A stretch of 64,000 bases of DNA from Camelus dromedarius. Taxonomy: Eukaryota. Where the stretch lies: positions 17,236,001 to 17,300,000 of the forward strand of contig NC_087466.1 in the NCBI RefSeq assembly GCF_036321535.1. The letters run 5' to 3'. Position numbers and translations under genes: made by a program. This document shows, piece after piece, positions 48,461 to 61,599 of this stretch (its first letter is position 1; each line of letters begins with the position of its first letter). The notes beneath the pieces were generated by a model. The model worked only from the letters and a program-made list of their open reading frames with translations. It ran no database searches and had not been told where the DNA came from.

Positions 48461-50719
48461 GAACTTGCAGGTTCCCCTGAGTACACAGGAGTCTCCCAGA
48501 TGCACCCAGTATGCTATGTGCAAGATCTCCCCTCAGGTGTTCTTGTTGCCTCAGTCTCCCTGCCCTACAAGGGAGCAGGAAGGGGACAAGAGAAGCTTCC
48601 ATAAAAGCCACATGGACCAAGTCAGCTTCCTCTTTCTGGCAAATGAGAGCCCACCAATGCCAGAAACAGACTTCTCCAGAGCCAGAGAGAAAGGCAGATA
48701 CAGACATGGTGAGAGACACCCCAATATAACAACCCTGCTTGGAAGCGGAGTCCCCATCCTCTCACCTCCCTCCTCTGGGCAGGTGGCACCCCCAGATCAC
48801 ACCCTGAGTGACCAAGCATGAAGGTGGGGGCTACTTTTGGACCCTGAGAGGCCCCAAGAAGACCCTGTAGGAGTAATTAGCCAGTGATGTTGGGACAAAT
48901 AGGGGCTGGGAGCCTGTCTAAAGACCCCCCCCAAGCCCATAAGAGTCCCTCCCACATGTCAGAAAGACAGGCTCACAGTGACTCAGACACAAAGCCCCCT
49001 CTCAGAGAGATGGAGACCACCCCAGACACACAGAATCACAGTGACAGGGAAACAAAGCCCCTCTCAGATGCTGAAGCAACCTCCCTCTCAGAGACAGAGA
49101 CCCCCATAGAAACAGCCCCCACCAACACACACAGAACCAGTCTGGGATCCCCCGGACAGCCCTCAACCCCTCCTGACATGCGGGTGGCCTGGTTCACGCC
49201 GGGCGGTGGAGTGTGGATGAGCCAGGCGTGAGGATGGTCTGCTCTGAGGCCAGCGTGGGGGTCCACACCCAAGGTTTGGGGGGGATCTGTGGCTAAAGAA
49301 GGACCAACCCTGGAAGTCCCACTTCCTGCACCTCCTCACAGACATAGACAAGTAAGTGAACAGACCCACAAACTGACCTCCCCTCCCCTTCCCTCCCCTC
49401 CAGGTTGATGGAGGGCCAGGCCGCCCGGCCTGGGGAGGGATGTCCTGGGACGGGCCTTGCGGAGGTGGGAATGGAGGGGCCTCACTAGCTGGCTGCATGC
49501 TCACGCCTCCTAGGCTTCTCTCCCCTCCACACCTTTCCTCCACACAGGGCACCACGCTTGGCCCAACCCTTTGGCAAATTAGGATCGACTCGCTTCCAGA
49601 CCCTGGAGCTGTGAAGAGTCAGCACTGGGCACAGGCTGCTCGGCCACAGCCTCGGCCAGTTACCCCTTGTCCTGGCCAGCTGGCCTGAAACGTTCTTGAG
49701 GATAGAGGTGGTGTCTGTCAGGCAGCGCTGAGCCAGCACTCAGGCCCAGATCAACTGGGGGTCCCAAGCAGGGTCAGAGGCCCAGCCAGACCCCCACCCC
49801 CACCGGCTGCAAACCAGCTGCTGCCAGCCCACGCCTTGAGCGACCACATCCTGCTCCCGATGTCCCGCCAGGAATCCTCCCTGCCCCCACGTGGCCGCGA
49901 GGCCAACCAAGGCCCGTGAACCTTTACCCCGGCTACGCCTCCCTCTCACAGGGCCTCTCCGGCCACCTGAGTGCCAGGGACCTCTCGGGGCCACGAGTGC
50001 CGGACTGTGGTCACCCCCCCGGACAGAAGGGGAAGCCGTGGCTCCCGGAGGTCACGCCACATGCCCAGGACCCGAGCCAAACCTCGCATTGTCCCCGGGG
50101 CTTTCCTGCTGCACAGGAGGGTGTGCTCTGTGGTCTTGGGGGGGAAGCAGAGGGACCCACCCGAGTCTGCCACAGGGCCAGGGTCCCAGAGCTGGCCGGC
50201 CCCCCAAGGCTTTCACAGTGTGCCCACCTCCCGGCCCTGCCATGAGGCCAGGCCAGCGGAGAGGCTCCCACCCCAGCGGTGCACCCTCAGCCGCAGCCCG
50301 GGCCCGTGTCTGCTCCGCGCCTGGCGCCCAGCGAGGGTGGAAAGAGATGTGGTTTAAGAAACAACAGACAACCTCTGTCACCGGCCTCGGGTAGGGGAGC
50401 GCACCAGAGGGGAGGGGGGCTCGTCACCACCAAGATCCCCAAAAGCCCCTGACAGTGGCCACCGCCTGCCTTCGAAGAATGATGATTCAGAAGAAGAGGT
50501 GGAAGCCAGGGCCTCTGGGGCCTGAGGGGCTGAGTTGGCTAAGCAGAGTCAGCCTCCGGCTGAGCTGATGGAGAGAGAGCCGAAGCCCCAGCAGCCACTG
50601 CCTGGGAATCTCCACCCTTCCAAGCTCAACCTGCCGTGAACTGTTACTCTCCTTAGCCTGCGTTTAGTGAGTGCTTCCTATGTGATACGCCTTGACACGC
50701 AGCATCTCACTGACACCAA

Positions 50720-52720
50720 AAAACAACAGGAAATCACACCAGCCACAGAGAATAAAAGCCAGCTGGATTAAATAATTAAAAGTGAAAAACAAAACCAAGA
50801 CAAAACTGGAATAGAAGAACCTAGGGAATTATCTGATCTCAGGGTCGGAAAGGACTTGCTAAGGAGGAAAAGCAACGAGTGAAATGGTAAAGGCAAAGAG
50901 CACTATTTCACTGCCCAGACTTGAAAACCTCCCTAGGCCAAGGAGGGGACCAACTGAAAAGTCAGATGGCAAACTAGGAAAATACTTGCAGCGTTGTGAC
51001 AGAGAGCTAATATCCATGTAAAGAGTTCTTACAAATCATCGGGAAAGAGGCAGATGGTGCAGGAGACCACACAGATGGCCTCTAAGTCACAGGAAATGAA
51101 CATGACCGAGAAGCAGTCAAAATCCATGGGGACATAAAGTAGATTAACGGTTGTCAGGGGCTGAGGGGATGGGATGGGGACTGACTGCTGATACGCACTG
51201 GGTTTCTTTCTGAGGTGATGGAAATTAGGTCGTGGTGACGGTTGCAAACACAGTGAGTAGACTAAAAACCAACGGACTGCACTTTACCATGGAGCATTTT
51301 CTATCACATGAATTACATCTCAATGTTTTTTAAAAAGAGATACGGTCCATTCTATTCATAATCAGAAAGTACAATATAACCACTTCACCTGGAAGTTGGC
51401 AAAGGTTTTTAGAATAATACCCAGTGCTGGCACCTCTATTTGAAGATAAGTAGGTATAACCTTTCTAGAAGCCTATTAAAAAAGGATTTAGCATTCGCAT
51501 TGGAAGTAGCTAGTGCGCATGTGAAAAGACGCTCAACATACAATNNNNNNNNNNNNNNNNNNNNNNNNNNNNNNNNNNNNNNNNNNNNNNNNNNNNNNNN
51601 NNNNNNNNNNNNNNNNNNNNNNNNNNNNNNNNNNNNNNNNNNNNNNNNNNNNNNNNNNNNNNNNNNNNNNNNNNNNNNNNNNNNNNNNNNNNNNNNNNNN
51701 NNNNNNNNNNNNNNNNNNNNNNNNNNNNNNNNNNNNNNNNNGTCCAACCACAGCTTCTTCACCACTGTTCATGGCAGNNNNNNNNNNNNNNNNNNNNNNN
51801 NNNNNNNNNNNNNNNNNNNNNNNNNNNNNNNNNNNNNNNNNNNNNNNNNNNNNNNNNNNNNNNNNNNNNNNNNNNNNNNNNNNNNNNNNNNNNNNNNNNN
51901 NNNNNNNNNNNNNNNNNNNNNNNNNNNNNNNNNNNNNNNNNNNNNNNNNAAGAAGAGTCACAAAAGGCCACATATTGTCTGATTTCATTTATATAAGAAC
52001 AGAATAGACAAATCTAGAGAGACAGAAAGCAGATTAGTGGTTGCCTGGGGCTGGGGGGAGGGGACGAATGGGGAGTGACTGCTAATAGGTAGAACGTCTC
52101 TCTTTGAAAGTATTCTAAAATCATGCAGATAGTTGCCCAGCTCTGTAAGTATACTAGAAACCATTGTACACTTTAAATAAGTTAACTATATGATTATGTA
52201 AACTGTATCTCAATAAAGCTTTGCAATAGAAAGTATTAGAAGCACTCATAAAGCCTTTCACCCAGCACTTCCCCTTCTAGGAATTAGCTCAAGGACATAA
52301 TCAGAGATGGGCACCAAGATTTATGTACAAGATGTTTGTCACAAGGTTATCTGTTTCAGCAAAGAAGTTAGAAATGATTGAAATAGGAGTCTAGATAATC
52401 AATATGTCATGGCCTGTCGATGTAAATGAAATATTGTGCAGCCAGTATTTAAAAAAAAAAAAAAAGACATTCTTGAAAAATATTTAAGAAAACAGAAAAA
52501 ATGTTCTAGATACGTTAAGTAAAAAAAGCAGGTAACAAAAAACTGTGGTAAGTGTCAGTCTCACAGGGGCTCCAGAGGTAACGAGAACGAGGAATTTGCG
52601 AATGCTGAAGGAATTCAACTGAGGGGAGAAGTTAGAAAGAAACACGACAAAGATTGCAAAGACATCTACTAAAGCAGAAATGCTGGCTCTCTCTGGGCAG
52701 TGGGGTTGTGGGTGGTTTTT
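50720..52720 (+). mobile_element. Old L1 (L1M) fragments with N-runs 51545-51741 and 51778-51950
   Basis: AGACAGAAAGCAGATTAGTGGTTGCCTGGGG, GGAGTGACTGCTAAT, GTATCTCAATAAAGCT. Approximate. Confidence 0.75.
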
Positions 52721-52940
52721 CAGTTACTGTTCTATAATTTCTGCCGTCAGCTTTATTAATTGAAAAAACAAAACCAGAAACACCAGGAAGTCAAACACGG
52801 AGGCCCTCGGTAAGTTAGACGGTTTCCTAGATTACACGGAGATTTGAAATGAGACATGGCAGGGCCTCCAGTTCCAGACGGTTCCCTGGAGAGAGGTTTT
52901 TCTCTCTGCTGAGTTGGCCGTGGACTTGAGACACCCTCAC

Positions 52941-53490
52941 CTCAGCTGCAGTCAGGAATCAAGTCAGGCCGTAAGGGGAGGTCCCCAGGCATCTGCCGCA
53001 GCAAGGGAGGACCCAGAGGCCAGGTGGCCGGTGCCGCAGTGACCCCCGCTCCCGGCCCCGCCATGGACGCCCACTGGGTCCGGAGGCTGAGCTGTCAGTG
53101 GGATCCACTGCCCGAGCAGAGCAGCGGCCTCCTCCCCAGCTCAGAGGGGGATAGGAAAAAGGGGTGTGGGCCCCAAAAAGGAAGCTGAGGCGGCCCCTCC
53201 TGCCTTGGGGAAGGAAGCCACCCCACCCCCACCCCGGGAGGGCCTTCGGGTGCATTTCGGTTTCCTTTCCCATTCACAAAGCGGGCGGGGATTTCCAGCA
53301 GCCCCGCCTGGCTGCCGGGTGCCCCGTACAGGCCACTGGGGGGCCGGCCAGGTCGCTGCCTCTCCCAGGGAGGGCGTCCGGGGACTCACTCTGGGGTCTG
53401 GTGGCTTCCCACGCAGGAAGCCCCTTCTTCCTGCCTCCCAGGGTGGGGACGTATCGCGGCAGGCCCCCCTGGAGCCTGCTTTTGACTCAG
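52941..53490 (-). promoter_or_regulatory. SH2B3: Candidate internal promoter / alternative first exon of SH2B3
   Basis: Local CpG enrichment, GC box GGGCGG near 53284, AP-1 site TGACTCA at 53483-53489, ATG at 53064 and a strong donor GAG|GTGAGG at 52941/52940. Confidence 0.5.
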
Positions 53491-54560
53491 TCACCCAGCA
53501 AGGCCAGTAATGGGATTTCGTTTTCCAGAATGGGAAACTGAGGCTCAGAGAAGCTAAGTGCTACTTAACAAGGACACCAGAGCCAAGATCTGAACCCAGA
53601 CCTGTCCATCTGCCCTTCTCCCCAGCTGCCAAGCCCACAGCCTAGACACTGCGGTGATGCGTCCCAACATCCCGTCCCCCAGAGAAAAACAGAAGACCAA
53701 CTTCCAAGAAGCTAGAACAGCTAACAGACCCTGGGGAGCAAGAGGGTGGTGGTGGAAAAGCCCCCAGAGGCGCTGGGGTTGGGGGGGTGGGGGTGATAAC
53801 AAATGACTGTCATTTGCCTCCTGCCCCTGCTGGATCCAGGGGCACTTCCCAGTCTCTGGACTCACAGAACCTGAGCTGAAAGGAAGCGCATTTATACCAT
53901 CTGCCCATGGTTTCAGCGTGGTGGGGGTTCTTCTAAGCGGCAAAGTACTTTCCAAAAAACGATCTTACACAAAACCCCAATAAGGGGCAGATGGGGCGGC
54001 CTTGTGTGCGGTTGGGGGCCCTACAGGAGCCCTGCCCACCACCACCCCTTCCTTCCTTCCTTCCCCTGCCAGTCCCAGAAGGCCCGGATCAAGCCCCCTG
54101 GTTGCCCATTTCACAGCTCAGAGAGGGGCGGGGACCTACCTGGGTCACAAAGCAGAGCGAGGACGGGAACCCACTCTCACCCTGGGAGCCTTTCGCTCCT
54201 AGTCCTCCTGGGAGAGTGGGATTGTGGAGCCACTGGCTTCCAAAGCACCTGTCTCCCCACTAGGACATCAGGGCTCTGGCCCACGAAGATCCGCTGGGCG
54301 GTAGGTGGAGGGTGGCTGGTTTCTCTGCCTGTTTGGGGGCCTAAACACAACCCCCTGGCCCCAGCAGGCCCCACTGGACTGCGTTCCTGCTCTTCCACCT
54401 CCCAGCTATGTGGCCTTGGGCAAGTCTCTCTACCTCTCTGTGCCTGTTTCCTCATCTACCAGACGGCTTCATCATTGTCCCCACCTCACAGGGTTTGTGA
54501 CAATTCCATGGGATATGTCAGATGCAGTACCCATCGTGCTGAAAACAAGTAATAGAAATG

Positions 54561-54680
54561 TGGGGGGAGGGTGGATATAGCTCAGTGGTGGAGCATTTGC
54601 CTAGCATGCACAAGGTCCTGGGTTCAGTCCCCAGTGCCTCCATTAAAAAACAAAACAAAACAAAACAAAAAACAACTAAC
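54561..54680 (+). mobile_element. tRNA-derived SINE nested in a MIR
   Basis: GGGTGGATATAGCTCAGTGGTGGAGCATTTGCCTAGCATGCACAAGGTCCTGGGTTCAGTCCCC and (AAAAC)n tail. Confidence 0.9.
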
Positions 54681-56059
54681 AGAAAATAACACGAAGCCCA
54701 GAGGCTAAGCTGTGCTGAGCACCACCTGTGCCGGGCACCCCAGGGGCAGCGCCAGCCTTGGGCACCGGTATCCAGCTCTTTTGACTCGAGGACACTGAAG
54801 CCCAGAGGGAGGGTGAAGTGCCTTTCCCAAGGTCACGGAGCTCAAAAGAAGCAGAGGCAGGACTCAGGCCGGGTCCATCCGAGCCCAGGAGGCCACCGCT
54901 TCCTGCCCGGCCTCCTCCTCTTCCTCCTCACGCTCCTGCCTCCGAGAGGAAACCGCCAGGCCTCCGGCGGACGTCCCTTTCTCTCTGCTTCCTCTTTCCC
55001 ACACTCAGGGCAAGCGCTCCGGGCTCCGGCCCCCAGGGTCCACTCAGTGGCTCCTTCTGTGTCTCCGAGCCTCAGTTTCCTCATCTGCAAAGCAGGTGTG
55101 GCGGCAGGGCCGACAGTGCGGCGACTGGGGGAGCATTACTCATAGGCTCAACGGTGCCGCCCTCGCCCGCCCTCGCCCACCCTCGCCCGCGGCAAGTGCT
55201 CAGGATGCTTCCACGGCACCTGCTGCCTGCGAGCTGCCCGCCCTGCTCACACCCAGGGGAAGTCCTGCCCCACGGTCCTGCTCCTCCCAGGCAGACCCCA
55301 GAGGTCACCTGTTCTCACAAATCCAGGCACGGGGCTGTCTCCCAGGGGGGGGCACCGTGTGGCCTCTGGGCGGTGGGGGTGTGGGGGAGGCCTCGTTCCT
55401 GAGCTGCCAGGTGCCACAGGGAGGTTTGATACCCAGATGCATAAGCCAGAGGCTGCCCCTCACCACCCTGTCAGTAGTTACTGTGCCTGCAGCCTCCTCT
55501 ACACCAGCAGGGGCTGGGGCCACCCCCATTTAACAGATGAGGAAACCAAGGCCCAGTCACTTGCCCAAGGACAGCTCAGAAGGAGCAGAGGAGGCACAGC
55601 TCTGAACCACATTGCCAGACTGGCCCCGAGCTGCTCCCAGGACCAGCAAGCCCGCCACTCCCAACCAGACCACTTCTTGGTGGGGGTAGGAGGGGCCTTT
55701 GGGGCAGGGGGGCAGCTCACGGCTGTGGACTGAATCCCCTGTGAGTCCCCTGCCTCCTTCCTCTACCTCTTCTCTGGGTTGAGCAGCTTAGGCCAAGGGC
55801 AGGGCACACTGGGTCCGCCAAGTCTTACATGCCACCTGAGGGGCACTGGCCAGCCCCCTCCAGGCCTCAGCGTCCCCATCTGTAAATTGGTGGCACTGGA
55901 CAAGATGGCTGCAGGGAACCTATCCTGGTCTCAGAATTCAAAACAGATGCCCACCCCCACCAAAGTAAGGCCACTGGTTAAACACCACTGCCACCACCCA
56001 TATTGATAATAATAGTAAGTCCTTCTGAAGACTTACTAGGCACCAGGTGCAGCCCCGCT

Positions 56060-56265
56060 GCCTGGGTTCCAGTCCCACCTCAGCCACTCAGAGCTGTGTG
56101 GGCTTGGGCAAGTCATCTACCCTCTCTTAGACTCAGTTTCCCCATCTGTGAAATGGGGGCAATCACAGCAGCTCCCTCACAGGGCTGCTGTGAGGATTCA
56201 ATGAAACCAAGACAGTAAAGTGCTGAGTATATAACAAGTGCCAAATAAATGTTGGCTAAAAAGGC
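56060..56265. mobile_element. MIR relic
   Basis: CTTGGGCAAGTCA...CTCAGTTTCCCCATCTGTGAAATGGGG...CAGGGCTGCTGTGAGGATTCAATGA. Confidence 0.85.
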
Positions 56266-58175
56266 AGTTTTCAATAATGGCCCCTAGAGCTGCATCATTG
56301 CCCCCACTGTACGGATGACAGCTGCCGAGTCTCAGCCCCCAGTCCCAGCAGGGCTGGCAGGGCTCTGAGACCATCTCAGTCAACCCAGGCCTGGGCATAT
56401 GGGCAAACTGACACCTGAAAGAGCAAAGGACCAGCCCCAAAGCCACGGTCAGCCCGGATGTGCTCCATGTGAAAATGGAGCCTCAGTTCCTAGGGAAAGC
56501 CCTACCCGAAGGCCAGCCACCCCCGGCCTGCTGGTTGCTCCTGTACCCTTACCCCAGCCCTGGGACCCGCGCCGCCTCCAGGTCAGGCTCTCCCTCTGCA
56601 GAGCTCAGGCTGGGGTCCACTCCCAGGATGCTGCCCAGCACCGCCAATCCACAGATATATAAGAGAAACCAGAAATCCGGGTTCTTATGTGAAATCTCTC
56701 CATCTTATGGTTTTCAAATATTGGCAACCAATTCAACTTTCTTGTTTTTTTTCCAACTGCTGAGTGGGATTGCGCATCTCAGGCTGGGCCTGGCTGGGAG
56801 CTGGTTCTCTGCACTCTGAAGCTGGAGGGAAGTGGTTCAACAGTGTGGCTGGGGGCTTGGGACTAGGGACCCATTGGGATAAGGGGTTCAGGTAACATTA
56901 GTGGTATGATCCTGAGTGAGTCCCTTTGCCTCCTGCAGCCTCAGTTTTCTCATCTGTCAAATGGGCCCATAAACTTGACCTCATGGGAGGGTCTCCACAT
57001 CTAGTATTTAGGGAAACACCTGGCACATAGTAGGTGCACATTTAAGGTAGTAAACCTACTGTTCCCCATGCCCAGCCCAGCCTGGGCTCAGAGATGTCTA
57101 AGGGGAGGGAGGTGCCACAGGACAGGTGGACATGGTGACCAGAGGAGAAGAATCACACCACACTCTCCCAGATGTCAGAACATCATAGCCCCAGAGGGTT
57201 TCTTCTGCTGGCCTACTCCTAATGCTGGGTAAGTGTCTCTCAGCCCCTCTGGGCCTAAATCCTCCAAGTGTTCCCACTGCTCTTAGTGTAAAACCTACAA
57301 TGCTCACTATGGCCCACTAGGCCCCACCTAATCCAGCCCCATCACCCTTCCAACCTCATCCCTCCTCGCTTCCTCCACTCCAGCTCCTGGCCACTCGGTT
57401 GTTTCTCAAAGTCTCCTGGTTCATCCCCACCACAGGGCCTTTGCACTTGCCAGTTCCTAGGCCTGGGACTCCTTCACCCAGATCTTCCAGGCCAGCACCT
57501 TATCGCAGATGTCACTTCCTTCCAAGGGACCTTTGATGACACTTCCCAGCAGAGGTAGTCCCCAGCCTCCTACTGATGGCCAGCGCACAACAGGAGGGAG
57601 GGTTGCCCCACCTCCAACCACATGTAGTGATGCCACTGAAACCAGACTTTGGACTTTGGGAACTAGCCACAGTGTCTCTTCCAGCCGCCTTCCAACCCCC
57701 CACTACAGCAGCCTGTGGCCCCCGCTTACATACCACCTCTAACGGGGAGCTCCCTTCCACCACAGCCCTCCCAGTAACCCTCAACCCTTGGCTGCTACTG
57801 CTATCACCCCTACATTATGTATGAGTAGACTGAGGCTCTGACCGGGGAAGTGACTGGCCTGGGGTCAGAGGTGCTGGTCAGAGGCGGAGCTGTGACCCAT
57901 CTCAAGGTGAGGCTGACCCATGAGCCTCTGGCCACCTAGCCTCAGACTTCTGGGCTGCAGTTGCCAGGCTGAGGCCTGTGAGGTATCCCTGGGCAGCTGC
58001 CTTGTTTCAGTTCTTGTCCTCTAAGCCTCTTCCCACTCCGGGCTGCAAGGGCCTTCTCTAGGCTGGCAGTGAGCACCCTTTGAGTGACAGAGCTCGGGTG
58101 TGAATCCAGAGTTCAAGCCCTGGCTGTCGAACTTTCCTTTTCTTTTATTTAAAACTGCTCCCGTGGACAACTCCA

Positions 58176-58193
58176 GGGTCAGGTCAGAGGTCA
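58176..58193 (+). promoter_or_regulatory. Perfect nuclear-receptor DR1 element with an extra half-site
   Basis: AGGTCA-G-AGGTCA at 58181-58193, preceded by an overlapping GGGTCA. Confidence 0.45.
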
Positions 58194-59299
58194 AGGCTGC
58201 CCACCTGGCAGGCACATTCCAGACTTGTAGTCTAAGCAGCCTTGGCCCAGAGACTAGACACGCCAAGTCTTTCAGGGAAACATTCAGTAACAGCCTCTAG
58301 ACTGCTCTAAGAACAAAGGGAAGCCGTCAGAAGCTGACAGAGTTGGGTCCTGTTCTGTCAGGCCAGACACTCTGCAGAGGGGATGGGAGAGGCCCCACCA
58401 GGGCTGCTCACTTTTGAGGGGACACCCCAGGTCACAGAGCAACCAGTAAGCCTACAACAGAGACCCAGGAGGCCTGGGCGGAGGTGCGAGCCCCAGGGAC
58501 CCAGCTGCCCTCCCCCGGCCCCGCTTCTCCAGGGCCAGATCACCACTTCCGAGCCCTGAGGACTCTGACTGGGCCCCCCCATCAGGGATCCCCAAGAACA
58601 GGAGCCTTGACGACGTACCCAGCTGGGCACCGAGGGCCCAGACCAGCACTGGAAGTAACTGCATTCTCAATCTCCAAATCATTTCATCACCATAACAACC
58701 AAAACCACCAGGAGGACTGGTGACACTTCCCGGGCCTTCCCTGTGCCAGGCACCTCGCAGATATGCCCTCCCAGTTAACACCACAGCCCCACAGGGTGTG
58801 AACGCTGAGTAACCCCCCTGGGAAAGACGCTAATTCATTGTGTGAACATGGGTGCATCTGACTCCTGACACTGGGTTTTCCAAGGCAGCTTATTTTAAGC
58901 AGCAGGAATTGCTTTTAAAATTTTATAGGGAGCTCCACACTATCACGCAGATAAGTCCATGTGTCTGGGGCATTATTTGCCTTTCATGGTGTCAGAGCCT
59001 TGAGACTTTTTAAAAACAGCATGAAAAGTTTTTATCTACACTTAGGCTTTTCCTGAAGGCTTCATGTTACTTTCAGGAAGAAGTGCTAACTCCTCACAGG
59101 ACCCTCTGCCCGCATACCCTCCCCTACACCCCATCTTCCTTCTCTCTGCTCCCACCACACTTCTGTTAGTCTTTCTTAAAAACATGCAACGTGCTTTCCC
59201 ATCTCAGCGCCTTGGCCCATGCTGTTCCCTCTGCCTGGAAAGCCCAGAGATTCTTATCTCAGTGTTAAGATCTCAGTTCAGAAGTCACCTCCTTAAGAC

Positions 59300-60560
59300 T
59301 CACTATGAAACTTTGGTGATTAAGGGAGTGCGGTGTTGGTAAAAGGATAGACTCATCGGCCAACGGAACAGAAGAGTCCAGAAGCACAAGATGGACACTA
59401 GATTTAGGATGAAAGCAACACTGTGATCCACTAGGGAAAGAGGGTCACTGGATCCTGGAAGAATTGTGACCCCTACCTCACACCACACACAAACATGAAT
59501 TCAGGATGGAGCCTGTGAAGGCCCCTCAGTGTGATTTAGCCCAAACAATAAAGCTTCTAGAAGAAGAGACAAGAAAGATCTTTATGACCCTGGGGTAGGC
59601 ACAGATTTCTTAAATAGGGTACAAAAAGCACTAACCATAAAGGAAAGCAATCAATAAACCGGACTTCATTAAAATTAAGAACTTCTGTTCATGAAAAGTT
59701 TCCATTAAAGGAGTAAAAAGGCAACCACAGAGCAGGAAACATAAGTGCGGTACAAAAAAAAGTGCATCTAGGATATATAAAAACTTCTACAGATCAATAA
59801 TAAAAGGACAGACCACTCAATAAAAATACACTTGACAAAAGAGTCAGTCCCAAGGGCCAATAAACCTATGAAAAGGTGCTTTACCTCACAAGTCATCAGG
59901 GAAATGCAAATTAAAGCCACAATGAGATATCAGCTTACATCCACTGGAAAGGCTGAAATGAAAAAAGACTCTCACACGCTGCTGATGGAGAGACAAAATC
60001 ATGCAGCCACTTTGAAGTTTAGAAGTTTCTTATAAAGTTAAACCTGCACTTACCATATGACCTAGAAGCCCACTTCTAGGCATCTACTGGTGGGAAATAG
60101 AAACATATAACCCTACAAAGACCTATGTGCAAACTTCATTACAGCATTATTCATGAAAGTCCCAAAGTGGAAACAACCCAAATGTCCATCAACAGGTGAA
60201 CGGATAAACTGTGGTACATCCATACAACAGACAGGATTTACTCAGTGATTAAAAAACAAAACAAAACAAAATCTACTGATGCACCAGAGAACATGGACAA
60301 ATCTCTGGAACAGGCTGGGTAAAAGGAACTGGACATAAAAAGCAACGCCCTGTGTGAGTTCACTTACACGAAGTTCAAAACAGAGAAGTGTAACCCTTGG
60401 GGGTAGGAGTCAGCATGTGTGTGGTGCAGGGTGGAGCGGGGAGCAGGTTCAGACGTGGAGGAGGCTCGAGGGAGCCCCTGGGCCATGGGTGTGCAAACCC
60501 GGAGACACTCATGGAGCTTCAGAGGCACTTCACACGCATCAGCATGACCATGACAGGGCA
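59300..60560 (+). mobile_element. Old L1 ORF2/3' relic
   Basis: CATCAGGGAAATGCAAATTAAAGCCACAATGAGATA, GGAAACAACCCAAATGTCCATCAACAGGTGAA. Confidence 0.85.
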
Positions 60561-61209
60561 GTGAAATTTCAAAAGAAAGGTACTTCACACAAGGGAATTC
60601 CCTGACGCCACCTCATCCCAACCCTCAAATTAGGGCCCCACAATTATCCTCCCAGAGGCCCCACTGCTTTCCTTTAGAACACAAAATACAATTTATAATT
60701 TCATGTTCATTTGTCGGTGTATTCCTTCAAGAGCCCCCACCAAGATGCCTGCTCCCCCAGCACCTGGCATGGGCCTGGGACAGAGCAGCTGCTCAACCAG
60801 ATCTTGAATGAATGAATGAATAACTGTGGGTCTCCCCCCAGACTGTGACCCCTCAGGGCTGGAATCATGTCTGCTTTGCTCACTCTCTAGAGCAAGACCC
60901 TAGCACAGAACAGGACCACACAGAGAAAGGAAGGAAAGGAAAGGCACACGATCCCATCAACGCGACACATCTGCTCAAAGACGGAGTCTGTCAGATGTGC
61001 AGAATCATGGCCCTGCAGCCTCAGCTGCACAGCTGGAACTCAGCTGGCTGCAAAGGAAAAGGACAAAATTTTCTAAACTTTAAAGAAAATAAGACATCCA
61101 CAAAGCATGGGTGGCCCCAAGGAATTCCACAACGGTTTTGAAACCCTGACGAAGAACCCTCCTATTTGTCACAATCAGTCTGGGTCAGGGTTTAAAAAGA
61201 CCTTGGAGG

Positions 61210-61565
61210 CCACTAGCCCACGTTATCCCCATAGATGGTGACCCTGGACTTTCTACAAAATCCCTGACCAGTACTCCTCAAAACTGTCAAGGCCATCAAA
61301 ACAGGAAACCCTGAGAAACTGTCATAGATAAATGGTGCCCTAGGAGACATGACAACTAAATCTAGTAGTCTGTTTGGAATCAGAAATGGGACATCAGGGG
61401 AAAACCACTGGGAATCCAAAAAACCCTCGGAGTTTAGTTAATAGTAATGTACCAACGTCAGTTCCTTACTTAGAAGACGAATGTGCACAATAGCGTAACG
61501 TGTTAACAGTAGGCCAAGCTTGCTGCGGTGTATAAGGAAACTCTGTACTATCTGCAAATGGAAAA
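61210..61565 (+). mobile_element. L1MC-type 3' end abutting the SH2B3 exon 2 donor region
   Basis: CCAGTACTCCTCAAAACTGTCAAGG...GAGTTTAGTTAATAGTAATGTACCAA...GAAACTCTGTACTATCT. Confidence 0.75.
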
Positions 61566-61599
61566 TGATTCTCAGAGAAAAAGGTCATTTCTAAAAAGG

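Noticed and set aside
48884-49231. 115-aa ORF with an internal HSD..TKP repeat
   Set aside because: Explained by the decayed DNA duplication; no evidence it is translated.
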